A model generated the notes under the pieces. That model did not search any database and had not been told where the DNA came from. It saw only the letters and a list, made by a program, of their open reading frames with translations. This document shows, piece after piece, positions 18,701 to 29,964 of a DNA stretch of 53,652 nt (its first letter is position 1; each line of letters starts with the position of its first letter). Both the position numbers and the translations under genes were made by a program. Source of the DNA: a virus (lineage: Duplodnaviria; Caudoviricetes); the IMG/VR virus record IMGVR_UViG_3300020044_005691, positions 1 to 53,652 of that record; one strand, 5' to 3'.

Positions 18701-21700
18701 ATGTCCGCCTCTGATACTCTCCTGAGTGAGAAACCCGCAGTCGAACTCGATCCATACTCTGTGTGGTCTGAGACAAACCAAATCGAAGACCTACTTGATA
18801 GCCAAAAAGGCTACGCAGATTATCTTCGGACAAAGCATTTAGAGGCTGGCATTTATGATAGTAATGTTGAAAATGAGATCCGTACGGGGCTCGTAACATC
18901 TGCTAGAGATAACGGACTTATCGATCCAGAAGACCCTGAAGCTGGAAAAAAATTATTTAGTTCGCCGGAGCCATCGTTCGATGAAAAGCTTCGCAACGCT
19001 CAGAATACGCTCTCTAGCGACACGCCAGAGTGGGCGGCAATTACGCAGTATAACTCGTTCAAGAATGCGATTGCTGACCGAACGGACGTGCCAGAAGAGT
19101 ATCTAGCTACTGGCGAAGAGTATCGTATCAAAGCCGAAGAGGCCGTAGCTGCGACGAGTGAAGATGTTCTACGAATGAAGATCCGCAACAATGAAATCCC
19201 ATTCGCTAAAGTAACTAAGATTGTTGATGGTAAAGAACAGACAGAAATTCTTGCGAGTGACTCCGCAACTAAGATGCCGTTGATCGATGCGATCCGCGCA
19301 TCAAAAGCAGGTGGCATCGGTCTATCTGATGCGCTATATGCAAAGAATGAACTAGAGACTCCAGAAGGCTACTCGCTTCCATTGTACAAAGTTAAGCGTG
19401 CTCAAGAGGCTGCGGCAATGATTCAGTCGCTTGCAAAGAACGATGAGTCTGTTGCTGCTCAAGTCGATGGCTATGCGAATCGTCTTGCCCGTTCTGAATT
19501 CGACATGGGTGACACGGCAGAATATCTTCTGAACTCGTTAGGCCAATCAATGGTTAATGTTGCGGGTCGTGTAATGAAAGCATCTGCAAGTGAATGGCTT
19601 TCTGGCGGAAAAACTGGAGAAGGGATTATTTATTCTGGTCAAGTTGAAGGTGCAAAAGACATCGACAAGAAACAAGCCTTCCGCGACAAGTCAGAGCAGA
19701 TTGCACTGAGTGACACCAACTCTATTGCGGCGGATGTCGCAAAAAAAATTAACGCTAGTGGTGCGATTCGCGATAGCGAAGCCTTCACCGTAGACGAAGT
19801 TCGTCTGGCGATGAACGAAGTTGGTATCAATGAAGCTAACAATAAAGGCTACTTCCAGTTTCACGACGGCAAAGATGAAATCGGTAAGAATGTGCGCTCA
19901 TATGGCTACGGTTTGCCACAAGTTCCGACGGCACTCATGGCCAATAAAGCTAAGTTCGATGAGGCACTAGCTGCGCGGCCAGATATTTCTGCGGACATCA
20001 AAGCTAAGATGGAAGGTCAGCGGCAATCATTCGTCGATAGCCGCTTCTCTGAATTTAATAAAGTTCTTACCCGTTCAGATTCTGGTGAGGAATGGCTGGG
20101 CGAACTTCAAAAAGCGCGTGCCGCTGGGCAGAAGGATTCAGTCACACTCGAAACCTTTTTGTCGAATCCTAAGAACTATAACGAATTCTCACAGCGTGCA
20201 AAAGGAATTGTTATGTCTGTCGTTGACGGCATCGGAGGCTCACTTGCGACAATCCCAATGCTTGCTGGTTCAAAGTATGCACAAGACTATCTCGCTAACA
20301 TAGCACAAGAAAGTTCTGACCGCCATGAAGTTGCTAACTTGTTCGGCGTTGATTTCGGAGTTGGTCAAGAGCTTGCTGAATCTGTCGCGCCAATGCTTAT
20401 CGACATGGCAGCGACTACAGCACTCGCCACAATTACCGCGCCAGCCGCTGGCGTCGGTGGTGCATCTTATCTTGCTGCAAAGCAGGGTGCGCGTCTGACG
20501 ATGAAGGGTCTTGTCAAAGGCATGACTAGCGGTGTGTTACGCGAAGCCGCTGGCGAGACAGCTGAAGTCGCCGCAAAGCGACTCGTCGCCGAAGGTCTTA
20601 TCAAGCAGTCCGTCAAAGATGCTGGCGTCGATGGTGCAATGGCAGCTATTAACGGGTATAGTGGCCAACTTGCTAACAAGCTTAACATCGTCGCAACGTC
20701 ATTCATTCCAGCGGCTAACCGTGAGATGGGTTCATCTTACGGAACGATGTTCAACCAGCTCCGTAAAGATCCAACGCTTACGAGAGAAGAGGCACATGAC
20801 CGTGCATTAGGCGGTGCAATGGCATCTGGTCTTGTAACAGGTCTTGTAACTTCGGCATTCGCTGGTTTCGGTCGCGGTGGTCTTGATACGGCACTGACTA
20901 AAGGACTGAGTCGCTCTGAGATGAAGACGATGATGGAGCGTCTCATCAACAGCGGCAATAAGATTCCGAATAGTCAGTTTAACGAGATCATTACGACACA
21001 GCTCAAGAACACATTCAAAGAATACGGCTATGCCAGTCTCGGTAAAGAGGTAACAAAGAATGCTTTCGATGAAGGTGTTGAAGAAGGTATCGGTACGTTC
21101 ATCAATACGTTTGTTCAAGACGCTACGATGAACGAGAACACGCCAATGCTTGAGCGTTTCAACCAGACGTTCCATGCGTTTGTTATCGGTGGCGCAATGG
21201 GTGCAGCTGTTCCAGCTATTCAGAGTGCAATGCCGACATTCAATGCAGACGTTAAGCGGAATGCTGCGCGTAACTTAGAGAATAAAGCGATTGATGATGT
21301 TACCAACAAGCTCAACGAGAGTGGCTCTCCGCTGTCTGCCGAAGCTGTTCGCGTGCTATTGACTTCTTCTGCCCGCCGACGTGAAGCTGCCGCTACTGCA
21401 TTTGAACCAGTTGCCCAACCGACGGTTGATGTAACAACAACAACAACTCCAGAAGAGCTAGCAAAAGCGGGTACGGCAGCAGCAACAAAATCTACAGCAC
21501 AGCTTAACGCGTCGCTAAAAGAAGTCACGCCTGCGGATGTTCAGCGTTTGATGTCTTCGGTTCGTCCTGAAGAGATTAAGTCTACTGGCCAGTTTGATGT
21601 CGGCGTCTACGTTCCTACAGATGTTGCAGATGCACCGTCGAACCATGTGCCATTTAGCTCGCTTGATTTCAAGCAGTCAAAACCAGTAGCCGAAAAATTA

Positions 21701-24700
21701 GGTCTTGATTACAACGACTTTATTTCGTCTGAAGTACAACAAGCCAACTCTGTCCCAACAATTATCCCAAAGATTGACGTTGGCACAACGCCAAAAGCGG
21801 AGCCGATTAAAGTACCAGCAGATATTCTTGCTGGTGATACTGGCTTAGTACAAGAAGAAACAGACGCACTTAGCCGTGTCGCTAGCTTTGGTTTCCCAGT
21901 TGGGGTTTCAAGAGAGTCTTCCTACGCGATGCCGAGCCGCACCGTTGAAGCGGGCTACTACACAAAGATCTCTAGCGAGATCGCGAAGACAATCTACAAC
22001 ACGTATCCCGTATCATTAGACACGATTCCTACTGGCGGTGCAAAGTATGTGAGCAATCGTAAGATTACCGCTTCAGATCCAATTACTGGTCTGAGAAAAC
22101 ACAGAACGGTAACTGGCGCACTTGACGAGAACGGCGTCGGTATCTTCAACAACAATCCAGTTGTTATTGCTGAGATGATCCGTGACGGCGTGCCCGTTGA
22201 AATTCCAGAAGGATTCGACAAGCCGCTCAATCCATCGTTTGTTATTCGCGGCAATAAAGTTATTGATGTTCTCGGACCGCGAGCCGACGGCAAAGACGGT
22301 CTTGTTTCAATGGTTGAACCGATTGAGCGCAGCTACACAAGTGAGCCGAACTACGGCACACTCAATGAAGCGGCTGGTCTTGCGTCGTTATTCTTAGACG
22401 ATAAGAACAACGAGCGCGTTATTCCATCGGGTGCACCCGTTGTTAATGCTGATGGTAATATCTCTCAAGACGCTGGCAGTGCTACATCTGTCGGAGAACT
22501 CACGGCTAACTTTGCACTGTTCATGGAGAACGCGCTCACTAACGTGCGTATTGAGAGTAATAAGCAAGCAGGACTGCGTGGTGAGGATACCCGCTCTAAA
22601 GCTAGCACTAAGCTTAAAGATCTATTGAACTTGCGCGGCGGAAATGAACTAGATTCTAGCTTCTTCACTACGGCGGCTCAAGCAATCCATACGGAGTATA
22701 TGTATAGCGCGAACTTATTTGAAGTACGCAATGCTCTTATCGACGCTGGTGTAACAAAAGAAACAAAAAATGGTCTTGAGATTGACCCCAACCGTAAAAA
22801 GCTAGCCGTAAAAATTCTTGAGTCGAGACTTCGACCAGAGAATAAAAAAGCTATTGCGGGCCGTTTCGCACCGTTTGTTAACGCATCCGCTGAAGACGTA
22901 AATAAAAATCCGAATGCTGTTATCGATTCGTTCATCCACTCGATGATTTTGAATAACAAAAGCTTTGAAGGTAATGTGATGCCAACAATCAATCGCATTG
23001 CCGATGTGATGAAGAATCGTTACGCGCAACAACAAGATACGCGCCAGATCGAAGAGCGTGCCAAAGTAACAGTATCGATGGACCCCGCTATATTGGATAC
23101 GGTTTCAGATGAAGCTCTCCAAAACTCTGCGGCGTATATCGGTGAAGTCAGTACAGTCAATCCAGTTCGTATTACGCCGAATCAAATCTCTTCGTATCTT
23201 AATAACGCGCACGATAGTGCCGTAATGGCAATCGATGGTGATGCGAATCTTCGCGATGCACTCAACGATCTTGTATTCCAGTCGATCTACAAGAGTCCAT
23301 CGCCAGCTCAAGTCAACCGCATCAAAGGCATGACGACAACCGATGTCTTCGGCACGCTCGTTAACTGGATCAGCAAAGGCAACTATGACCATCCAGAGAT
23401 TCTTTCTTTCGAACGCAGTCTCCGCAGTGGTAATTTCGATTCAGGCAATGAGCTTCGTTCGGCACTAAATCTTGTCCGCATGTCGTCACGCACGAGCCTC
23501 AATGGCGACCCGACGAAAGATACTGGATATGTTCGTGCCGTTAAGTCCGAACTCTCTCGCTCGTTAGGCGCGGAGGTTTCTGACTCCCGTGCAAAAGACT
23601 TTATCAAAGCTATTGATAAGTCGATGCGTAAGCGGATGTCGCGGTCCCATATTACGGCAGCACAAGTAATGGCAGCGGTTCAACTCAATACAGCTGAAGC
23701 TGCTAAGTTGGGTATCAAGAGCGGCGACCCACAGTCGGTAATCGACGCGCTCCAGTCTGTTGCTAAGACATCAACAAATGCGTCGCACAGACTCGTAGCT
23801 GACCTTCTTGAGGACACAAACTTCATCAAGACGATCAAGTTCGAGATCGGGACAGCTGACCATTCGGTTGCTGGCGAGTACAACCGTTTGACCGATGGTA
23901 CACACAGCGTGTTCATCAACATGAATGGTTACAACGGTCGCGGTCTAACCAACGTACTACTCGAAGAGTACGTTCACGCATTCCTGTCCGATGTATCGAA
24001 CAAGCCAAAAGAGTCCTTAACTGAGAAACAGAATACGGCTATCACTCGTTTGAAAGGTCTTTATGATCTTGTTCAAAAACAAGCGGACGCGCAGAACATC
24101 ACTGACCCACATCTCCGTGACGGTCTTGAGAACATTGACGAGTTTATCTCTAGCTTCTTGCTCTCGCAAGATTTTCAAGCACTAGTAAAATCTGTCAAGC
24201 CGCCAACTGGCCAGCGCGGATTCTTTGGCCGCATCATCGATTCGATTGTCAGTCTGTTCCGCAAAGTAACAGGCACTGAGAAAAATGCATACACACAAGC
24301 AATGCAGGACGTTCTTGATCTTAGCCGTTCGGCTATGCGTTCGGATCGATTGATGGCTAAGAGCCTGTTCTCTTCTGTTGCTAACGACGCATCTGCGATG
24401 ATTGATCGGGCGGCTGACGCTTACGACGCTTTGCCCGATTCTATCAAAGGCGTAACTGCTAAACTGGATACGGTCGATGGAGTCAAAGCATATCTTGAAG
24501 AGCAAGTGAAGCTCGTTAAAGAAGCGAATGATCGTGATGTCACACGACTACACAGCGAGATCACTGCTGACAAGATGCCGCAGTCGCTCAACGAGACGAC
24601 CGCTGAACAGACAGCAAAAGCAAAGACGCTGCTGACAATTATTCGCAACATGGTTCCTTCCGAAGTTCGTCTTCGGATGCTTACAAAAGCAGAAGCAGAA

Positions 24701-27700
24701 ACTATGGGCGACGAGAGTCGCTTTATCGCAAGCGCACTTGCTGATGAGATTACAATCAACCCAGAGCGCATGATGGCTTACGTTGACGGTATGGACACAC
24801 TGTCCGCTGGCAAGCTTATTCAGAGTATTATCACTGAAGAGATGGGTCACGTCGCTTCATACAATGCGCTAACAAACGCAGAGATTAACGCTATCGCAGA
24901 TAGTCTATCCGACGGCGAGTATGACCGTATTGCCGACGCTTACTATCAGACGGACGAAAAACGCAACGCAGCAAAAGATAGTATTCGTTCTGAAGACCCG
25001 AACGAACAACGTAAAGAGAAGAGAATTCTTGTTGAGGAACATCTTCGTGCTCATTTGCAACGTGCGACGGCTGGCAATACAACCGAAGATAACGCTGCGT
25101 TCTACCGCACTAACCCATCGTTGTTTAAGATCGCACTGCGCTACGTCGGTAACGCATTCCGCAAAATGACGACGATCAACAAGAATACTGGCAACGATCT
25201 AGTCGATGCGGCACTCACGAATATGCTGGTCGAAATGAAGGCGTTGAAGATGGGCTATCGCAATGGCCCAGCGACGATGGCTTTCGATCCAAAGAATCCG
25301 TCAAAGTCTCTCGAAGTTATTCGTGCACTGTCGCAACTTGATAACCGTGAGATGATCGATGATGCCGCGTTCAATGAAGATGTTGCGTCTACACTTCAAT
25401 CTCAAATCGGTCTTGAAGACTTCAAGCGCATCCAGAAACTGGCACGCGGAACGGTAGCAGCTGAACAAGAGGCGGGTCTTAAATCTGAAAAAGTTAAGGC
25501 CGCAGAAGTTATCGACTTCTTAGTCAATTACTTCAACGGTAATAGCTGGAAGGATCTAGCTGACATGTTCCAGAATGGCTTTGACGACTCGTACTCGTTT
25601 GAAGAATCTGCTGGAGAATACAAAGCGATTCCAATTGGAACCGTTCCATTGCCAACACTTATTGGCGACCCAAATACACCAGAAACAACACAGTTCAATG
25701 CCGCTGTTGCTTATCTTACTCACGAATTCTCACTAGCCCTCAATGAATACAAGATCGGTTCCCGTAACATTGATCCTGAATTGGTGCAGCCTCTTGCAAG
25801 TTCGTTGGCAGAAGCTGTTATCTTAGACGCTTCCGATCTAATGGGCACAGGCTACGTTCAACTTACTATCGATAAAGATTACACACGACGCTCACGACGT
25901 GCTGAACTAGTTGTCTCGAACAAAGATGTCGTAAAGGTACAAGATAAAGAGATTGATATGCCGAAGCTTAAAGAGATCATGCTTCAAGTTGATGGCATGA
26001 CGTTTAAGTCGGAGCACGCCACTAGCAGTTATATTGCTCTACGTTATCAAATTGATCGCGGTGAGAAAAGTTACTCGTTAGACTTTGAGGTCAAACCAGA
26101 TAAGAGTATTCATGTCGGCACTCTATTTCCAATCTTCAAAGCAGGTCAGCCATCTGGAGAAACAGTAAGCAACGACTCGTTCGGCATGGAACTTATCATG
26201 GCGTTACTCACTAACAATCATATGATTGGTGCGAAGTCGATGGATACATTTGCTGCTGGAAGCGGTAGAGAAATCCATCGAAAGATGGAAGAGCGCAAGC
26301 GGGATCAAGAGTATTTCGCCCAACGTGGTGAGACATATAACCCGCCATCTGAAATGGTCTTTAAGGGCTACAAAGCATGGCCGAAGATGGGGTTTGATGC
26401 CCATCTTTCCACTTCGGATATTGAAAGCATGGCAGCTACGCAAGATCTTATTACTCCTTTTGAGTCCGCAAAGGCTAAGAAGGATTGGATCAAGATGGTT
26501 GTTGGTCTTGCCACAGATGAAAAAGGCGACACTCGCCTAATCAATTTGATTCATTTGGGTAAAGACCCGAAGGCAGGTTCAATCATCTGGTCAAATACTG
26601 GAATGGGTAAGACAGTCGTATTCGATCTTGCTGCTGGTAGTGATAGTATGAAGGCGATGGGTAACGTCATAGAAGGTCTTGCGCCGAAGTCGGTAAAAGA
26701 AGTCGGTGACTTGCGTAAGGTCTACTCGAAGAAGCTAAAGTTCCTTTCTGCCGATGCTGAACTATCAGATGAAGACCGTGCGAATAAGATCGAAGAAACA
26801 ACAGAGACGTATAAGTCAGCACTTCGTGCGCTCGATATTATTCCAGATCGATTGCTGACAAGTCTCGGCAGCGGCATGAACTTCGACGGTTCTTCGATGA
26901 ACTTCGACTCGCTGATCGAAACACTTGAGACGCCGATCTTTGAAGAAGGCACATATCAAATGCCGAAGAATACATTCTTGCGGGCAATCATGGGCGAGCT
27001 TGATCCACGAATCAAGCGACTCGACGATAACCGCAAAGCATTCAACCGTGCCGCTGCACTTCTTGTTACGAAGTACAAAGCGAAACTAGATGCCGCTGTT
27101 GCCAAAGAGAAGCCGCCGACTGAGCTTGTCGCTGCCGCGATGGGTTCGACTGGTGTTGAACTTCAGCCCGCAGTCTACGATAAAGCGGAAGATGCACACA
27201 CGGCACGACTGATCGCTATCCGCAACAACGCCGCACTGAGTGACGAAGATCGCGCGTCTGAAGTCTACGCATCGAAACAGTTGCTAGATCAAGAACTCTA
27301 CGATGCACGTGTCGAAGCCCGCAAAGTAATTGCCCGCCGCAAAGACGAAGCTCTTGCTAAGTTGGCGACGATTGCGCCGCAGACGGCACTGCATATCACA
27401 AGTCTACGCAGTCAGTTAATTGATCCGATCTCGAAGCGACTGAAGCAGGACTACGGTGTTACCGAAACATTAGGCGTCCACATCGATGACCAGCTGGGCA
27501 TCTATATGACACGGGCCTACCGTATGTTCAACGAAGTTGGCTTTGCAGATCGCGTCCTAAAAGATCCAACATATCAAGAAGTACGTGATCGCGCTATCGC
27601 ATTCTTTGACAGAGAGTTCGTTAAGAACGAGAGCCGCCGCCTGCAACGCGAAGAGGGCATTCTTCCAGCCGATGCAGACATTAAAGCGAAAGATGCACTT

Positions 27701-29926
27701 GAGAATAAAAGAAGTTCCGCTGGCCAATCATACGGCCAGAAGGCTTTGATCTCATTCATCGAAGGCTACGCCAATAAGACATCGGCTGGTGCTGGTGCAG
27801 AGTTGGGCGAAGGCTACCGTGTCTTGCTCAATAACTTGAAGACGAAGAAAGACATTCCGTTCGAGCTTCGAGAGTTATTGGGTGAGTACAAGAACTCCGA
27901 AGAGGGCACGAACAACCTGCTCCGTACGTTCACAACAGTGGCAACAATGGCAGCTAACCAATCGTTCCTGAATAACGTGCGTGATCTCGGTGTGAAGAAC
28001 GGTTTCTTAGTGAGTGCCGCTGACTATCGTGCCGAACCAGAAAAGTATGCGGGCTTCGTACCGTTCAGGCAATCGGCTTCGACGAACTATGACCCACTGT
28101 TGGGCATGTATGCGCCGAAAGAAATGGTCGAAGGTTTCCACAAGACGTTCGACTCGAACACGCTCCGCAATAACACGAACAGCGCAATCAACATCGTCGA
28201 TAATTCGATGATGGTTCTTACGAAAGCAACGGGATACGCGATGGCAGCTAAGACATTAGGCTCTATTGGTTTCTATGCGCGTAACGTGCTGTCGAACATG
28301 TTGTTCTTCGGGCCTGCACAGGGTTTCGTCCGTATCGATAACATGATTAAGACAGCGGCTCAGTACTCATGGGCTGGCTTAAAGGATCAGAATCGTATCG
28401 ACAGCTACATCGCCGAACTCACCGCGCTTAACATGGTCGGTGATGAGTACCAGTCATCGATCATTCGCGACATGATTAACGGTAAAGTAGATCATACGGG
28501 TATCATGAAGCAGGTTCAAGATCTCATGGAACAGGCTAAAGTAAACAAAGTACAATCTGCTGTTAGCACGCTTGTCGATAAAGCGCAGCGTCTTGCTGCG
28601 GCTGGTGACGCTGTTTTCAAGATCGCATACTTCGAGAACGAATTCAAAGTTCTTAAAGAGGCCCAGAAGAAATCGAACACTGGCTCAGTTGAAGGCATGA
28701 GTGACTATCAACTCAAGCGTATGGCCGCTGAGAAAGTTCTCATGACGGCGCAGTCAGCCAGCCAAGCACCGAAGATCTTATCCGAAGTAACTAAGTCTGG
28801 CGTTGGTCTTCTGTTCGCACCGTTCATGCGGTTCAAAGCTGAGATACCGCGTATCACAATCAACACTTATAAGTTAGCGATGAATGAAATTAAGGATGTG
28901 AATCCTGACATTAGAAGTCGCGGCGTTAAGCGTTTCGCTTCGATGACGGCGATGCTCGGTGGGGTATCGATGGCGATACCCACAATTCTTCGGGTTCTTG
29001 TATCCGGTATCGGGGACGATGAAGATGAAGCATTGAGAAACTCAATGCCCGAATACCTTCGCGGACATACGTTCAACTACTTCGGCTCCGGCGATAACTT
29101 GAAGTCGGTTGACTTGTCGTTCATCAACCCATTCAGCATGGTAACTGATCCAGCTCTACGTGCGCTTGAACAAATCAGTAGGGGCAACATTGGTAAAGCG
29201 GCTTCGCAGTATATCAACGGTATGATCTTCGACCAGTATCTTGATGACCAAATCTTCGCTGGCGCATTCGCTGACGTTAAGAACAACAAGAACGACACGA
29301 CGGGCGAACCGATCTGGGAAGAGAACGTAGACAACACGGGCGAGATTCTTGTTAAGGGCTTAGGCTACTTGATGGATAAAGCCTATGCACCGCGCATAGT
29401 TCAAGATGCCATTAAGGCTTATCAAGCTGTCGGTGGCGACTACAAAGACTTCGACAAGAGTCCAATTGGTCTGATGCTAAACGGTGCGTATCCAGTTCGC
29501 ATTCATGACGTAGATATTAACAAGCAATACTCCCGCTATCTCAGTGAGAAGAAGGAACAGTTCGACCGTATTACGAAGAAGAAGTATGCGGCATACGCCG
29601 ACAAGCCGCTGACTGAGGATCGCATTCGCCAACTATACGATGACGAACTCAATGATCGTCGCCTGTTGAATCAAGACTTGCTCAAGATCTCGCGCGGCTT
29701 TGAAGGCTTAGGCATGGCACCGCAAGAAATCTACAAGAACATGACGACGCGCGGTGGAGTTAGTAAGCGTCGGGCAAACCTATTGTTCCAGAACATTATG
29801 GATCGTCCGGCACTGAACAAAGACTTCTTCAATGGTCTGCTGAAGAGAGACTTCGGTGAAGAGCGGGCAAAGATTCTTGTCGATCAAATGGACAGTCACC
29901 CACGGTATATGTTCATCGAAGAGTAA
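18701..29926 (+). CDS. Giant (3741 aa) internal virion / large polyvalent protein
   Basis: Gly/Ala-rich hydrophobic segments in the N-terminal third; two zincin-like EExxH motifs (EEYVH, EEMGH); GNAT-like GYKAWPKMGF; C-terminal region resembling polyvalent/ejection protein tails. Confidence 0.75.
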   Translation: MSASDTLLSEKPAVELDPYSVWSETNQIEDLLDSQKGYADYLRTKHLEAGIYDSNVENEIRTGLVTSARDNGLIDPEDPEAGKKLFSSPEPSFDEKLRNAQNTLSSDTPEWAAITQYNSFKNAIADRTDVPEEYLATGEEYRIKAEEAVAATSEDVLRMKIRNNEIPFAKVTKIVDGKEQTEILASDSATKMPLIDAIRASKAGGIGLSDALYAKNELETPEGYSLPLYKVKRAQEAAAMIQSLAKNDESVAAQVDGYANRLARSEFDMGDTAEYLLNSLGQSMVNVAGRVMKASASEWLSGGKTGEGIIYSGQVEGAKDIDKKQAFRDKSEQIALSDTNSIAADVAKKINASGAIRDSEAFTVDEVRLAMNEVGINEANNKGYFQFHDGKDEIGKNVRSYGYGLPQVPTALMANKAKFDEALAARPDISADIKAKMEGQRQSFVDSRFSEFNKVLTRSDSGEEWLGELQKARAAGQKDSVTLETFLSNPKNYNEFSQRAKGIVMSVVDGIGGSLATIPMLAGSKYAQDYLANIAQESSDRHEVANLFGVDFGVGQELAESVAPMLIDMAATTALATITAPAAGVGGASYLAAKQGARLTMKGLVKGMTSGVLREAAGETAEVAAKRLVAEGLIKQSVKDAGVDGAMAAINGYSGQLANKLNIVATSFIPAANREMGSSYGTMFNQLRKDPTLTREEAHDRALGGAMASGLVTGLVTSAFAGFGRGGLDTALTKGLSRSEMKTMMERLINSGNKIPNSQFNEIITTQLKNTFKEYGYASLGKEVTKNAFDEGVEEGIGTFINTFVQDATMNENTPMLERFNQTFHAFVIGGAMGAAVPAIQSAMPTFNADVKRNAARNLENKAIDDVTNKLNESGSPLSAEAVRVLLTSSARRREAAATAFEPVAQPTVDVTTTTTPEELAKAGTAAATKSTAQLNASLKEVTPADVQRLMSSVRPEEIKSTGQFDVGVYVPTDVADAPSNHVPFSSLDFKQSKPVAEKLGLDYNDFISSEVQQANSVPTIIPKIDVGTTPKAEPIKVPADILAGDTGLVQEETDALSRVASFGFPVGVSRESSYAMPSRTVEAGYYTKISSEIAKTIYNTYPVSLDTIPTGGAKYVSNRKITASDPITGLRKHRTVTGALDENGVGIFNNNPVVIAEMIRDGVPVEIPEGFDKPLNPSFVIRGNKVIDVLGPRADGKDGLVSMVEPIERSYTSEPNYGTLNEAAGLASLFLDDKNNERVIPSGAPVVNADGNISQDAGSATSVGELTANFALFMENALTNVRIESNKQAGLRGEDTRSKASTKLKDLLNLRGGNELDSSFFTTAAQAIHTEYMYSANLFEVRNALIDAGVTKETKNGLEIDPNRKKLAVKILESRLRPENKKAIAGRFAPFVNASAEDVNKNPNAVIDSFIHSMILNNKSFEGNVMPTINRIADVMKNRYAQQQDTRQIEERAKVTVSMDPAILDTVSDEALQNSAAYIGEVSTVNPVRITPNQISSYLNNAHDSAVMAIDGDANLRDALNDLVFQSIYKSPSPAQVNRIKGMTTTDVFGTLVNWISKGNYDHPEILSFERSLRSGNFDSGNELRSALNLVRMSSRTSLNGDPTKDTGYVRAVKSELSRSLGAEVSDSRAKDFIKAIDKSMRKRMSRSHITAAQVMAAVQLNTAEAAKLGIKSGDPQSVIDALQSVAKTSTNASHRLVADLLEDTNFIKTIKFEIGTADHSVAGEYNRLTDGTHSVFINMNGYNGRGLTNVLLEEYVHAFLSDVSNKPKESLTEKQNTAITRLKGLYDLVQKQADAQNITDPHLRDGLENIDEFISSFLLSQDFQALVKSVKPPTGQRGFFGRIIDSIVSLFRKVTGTEKNAYTQAMQDVLDLSRSAMRSDRLMAKSLFSSVANDASAMIDRAADAYDALPDSIKGVTAKLDTVDGVKAYLEEQVKLVKEANDRDVTRLHSEITADKMPQSLNETTAEQTAKAKTLLTIIRNMVPSEVRLRMLTKAEAETMGDESRFIASALADEITINPERMMAYVDGMDTLSAGKLIQSIITEEMGHVASYNALTNAEINAIADSLSDGEYDRIADAYYQTDEKRNAAKDSIRSEDPNEQRKEKRILVEEHLRAHLQRATAGNTTEDNAAFYRTNPSLFKIALRYVGNAFRKMTTINKNTGNDLVDAALTNMLVEMKALKMGYRNGPATMAFDPKNPSKSLEVIRALSQLDNREMIDDAAFNEDVASTLQSQIGLEDFKRIQKLARGTVAAEQEAGLKSEKVKAAEVIDFLVNYFNGNSWKDLADMFQNGFDDSYSFEESAGEYKAIPIGTVPLPTLIGDPNTPETTQFNAAVAYLTHEFSLALNEYKIGSRNIDPELVQPLASSLAEAVILDASDLMGTGYVQLTIDKDYTRRSRRAELVVSNKDVVKVQDKEIDMPKLKEIMLQVDGMTFKSEHATSSYIALRYQIDRGEKSYSLDFEVKPDKSIHVGTLFPIFKAGQPSGETVSNDSFGMELIMALLTNNHMIGAKSMDTFAAGSGREIHRKMEERKRDQEYFAQRGETYNPPSEMVFKGYKAWPKMGFDAHLSTSDIESMAATQDLITPFESAKAKKDWIKMVVGLATDEKGDTRLINLIHLGKDPKAGSIIWSNTGMGKTVVFDLAAGSDSMKAMGNVIEGLAPKSVKEVGDLRKVYSKKLKFLSADAELSDEDRANKIEETTETYKSALRALDIIPDRLLTSLGSGMNFDGSSMNFDSLIETLETPIFEEGTYQMPKNTFLRAIMGELDPRIKRLDDNRKAFNRAAALLVTKYKAKLDAAVAKEKPPTELVAAAMGSTGVELQPAVYDKAEDAHTARLIAIRNNAALSDEDRASEVYASKQLLDQELYDARVEARKVIARRKDEALAKLATIAPQTALHITSLRSQLIDPISKRLKQDYGVTETLGVHIDDQLGIYMTRAYRMFNEVGFADRVLKDPTYQEVRDRAIAFFDREFVKNESRRLQREEGILPADADIKAKDALENKRSSAGQSYGQKALISFIEGYANKTSAGAGAELGEGYRVLLNNLKTKKDIPFELRELLGEYKNSEEGTNNLLRTFTTVATMAANQSFLNNVRDLGVKNGFLVSAADYRAEPEKYAGFVPFRQSASTNYDPLLGMYAPKEMVEGFHKTFDSNTLRNNTNSAINIVDNSMMVLTKATGYAMAAKTLGSIGFYARNVLSNMLFFGPAQGFVRIDNMIKTAAQYSWAGLKDQNRIDSYIAELTALNMVGDEYQSSIIRDMINGKVDHTGIMKQVQDLMEQAKVNKVQSAVSTLVDKAQRLAAAGDAVFKIAYFENEFKVLKEAQKKSNTGSVEGMSDYQLKRMAAEKVLMTAQSASQAPKILSEVTKSGVGLLFAPFMRFKAEIPRITINTYKLAMNEIKDVNPDIRSRGVKRFASMTAMLGGVSMAIPTILRVLVSGIGDDEDEALRNSMPEYLRGHTFNYFGSGDNLKSVDLSFINPFSMVTDPALRALEQISRGNIGKAASQYINGMIFDQYLDDQIFAGAFADVKNNKNDTTGEPIWEENVDNTGEILVKGLGYLMDKAYAPRIVQDAIKAYQAVGGDYKDFDKSPIGLMLNGAYPVRIHDVDINKQYSRYLSEKKEQFDRITKKKYAAYADKPLTEDRIRQLYDDELNDRRLLNQDLLKISRGFEGLGMAPQEIYKNMTTRGGVSKRRANLLFQNIMDRPALNKDFFNGLLKRDFGEERAKILVDQMDSHPRYMFIEE

Positions 29927-29931
29927 ATTAA

Positions 29932-29963
29932 AAGGCCGCACACTGGTTGTAGTGTGCGGCCTT
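29932..29963. terminator. Hairpin between convergent units (probable bidirectional terminator)
   Basis: Perfect 13-bp stem AAGGCCGCACACT/AGTGTGCGGCCTT, 5 nt after the giant ORF stop. Confidence 0.7.
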
Positions 29964-29964
29964 A

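Noticed and set aside
18701-29926. Giant ORF as an N4-like or crAss-like virion RNA polymerase reading the hairpins
   Set aside because: The size is similar, but I found no DxDGD or T7-type polymerase motifs, and the early genes have good sigma70 promoters. A structure search is needed to exclude it fully.
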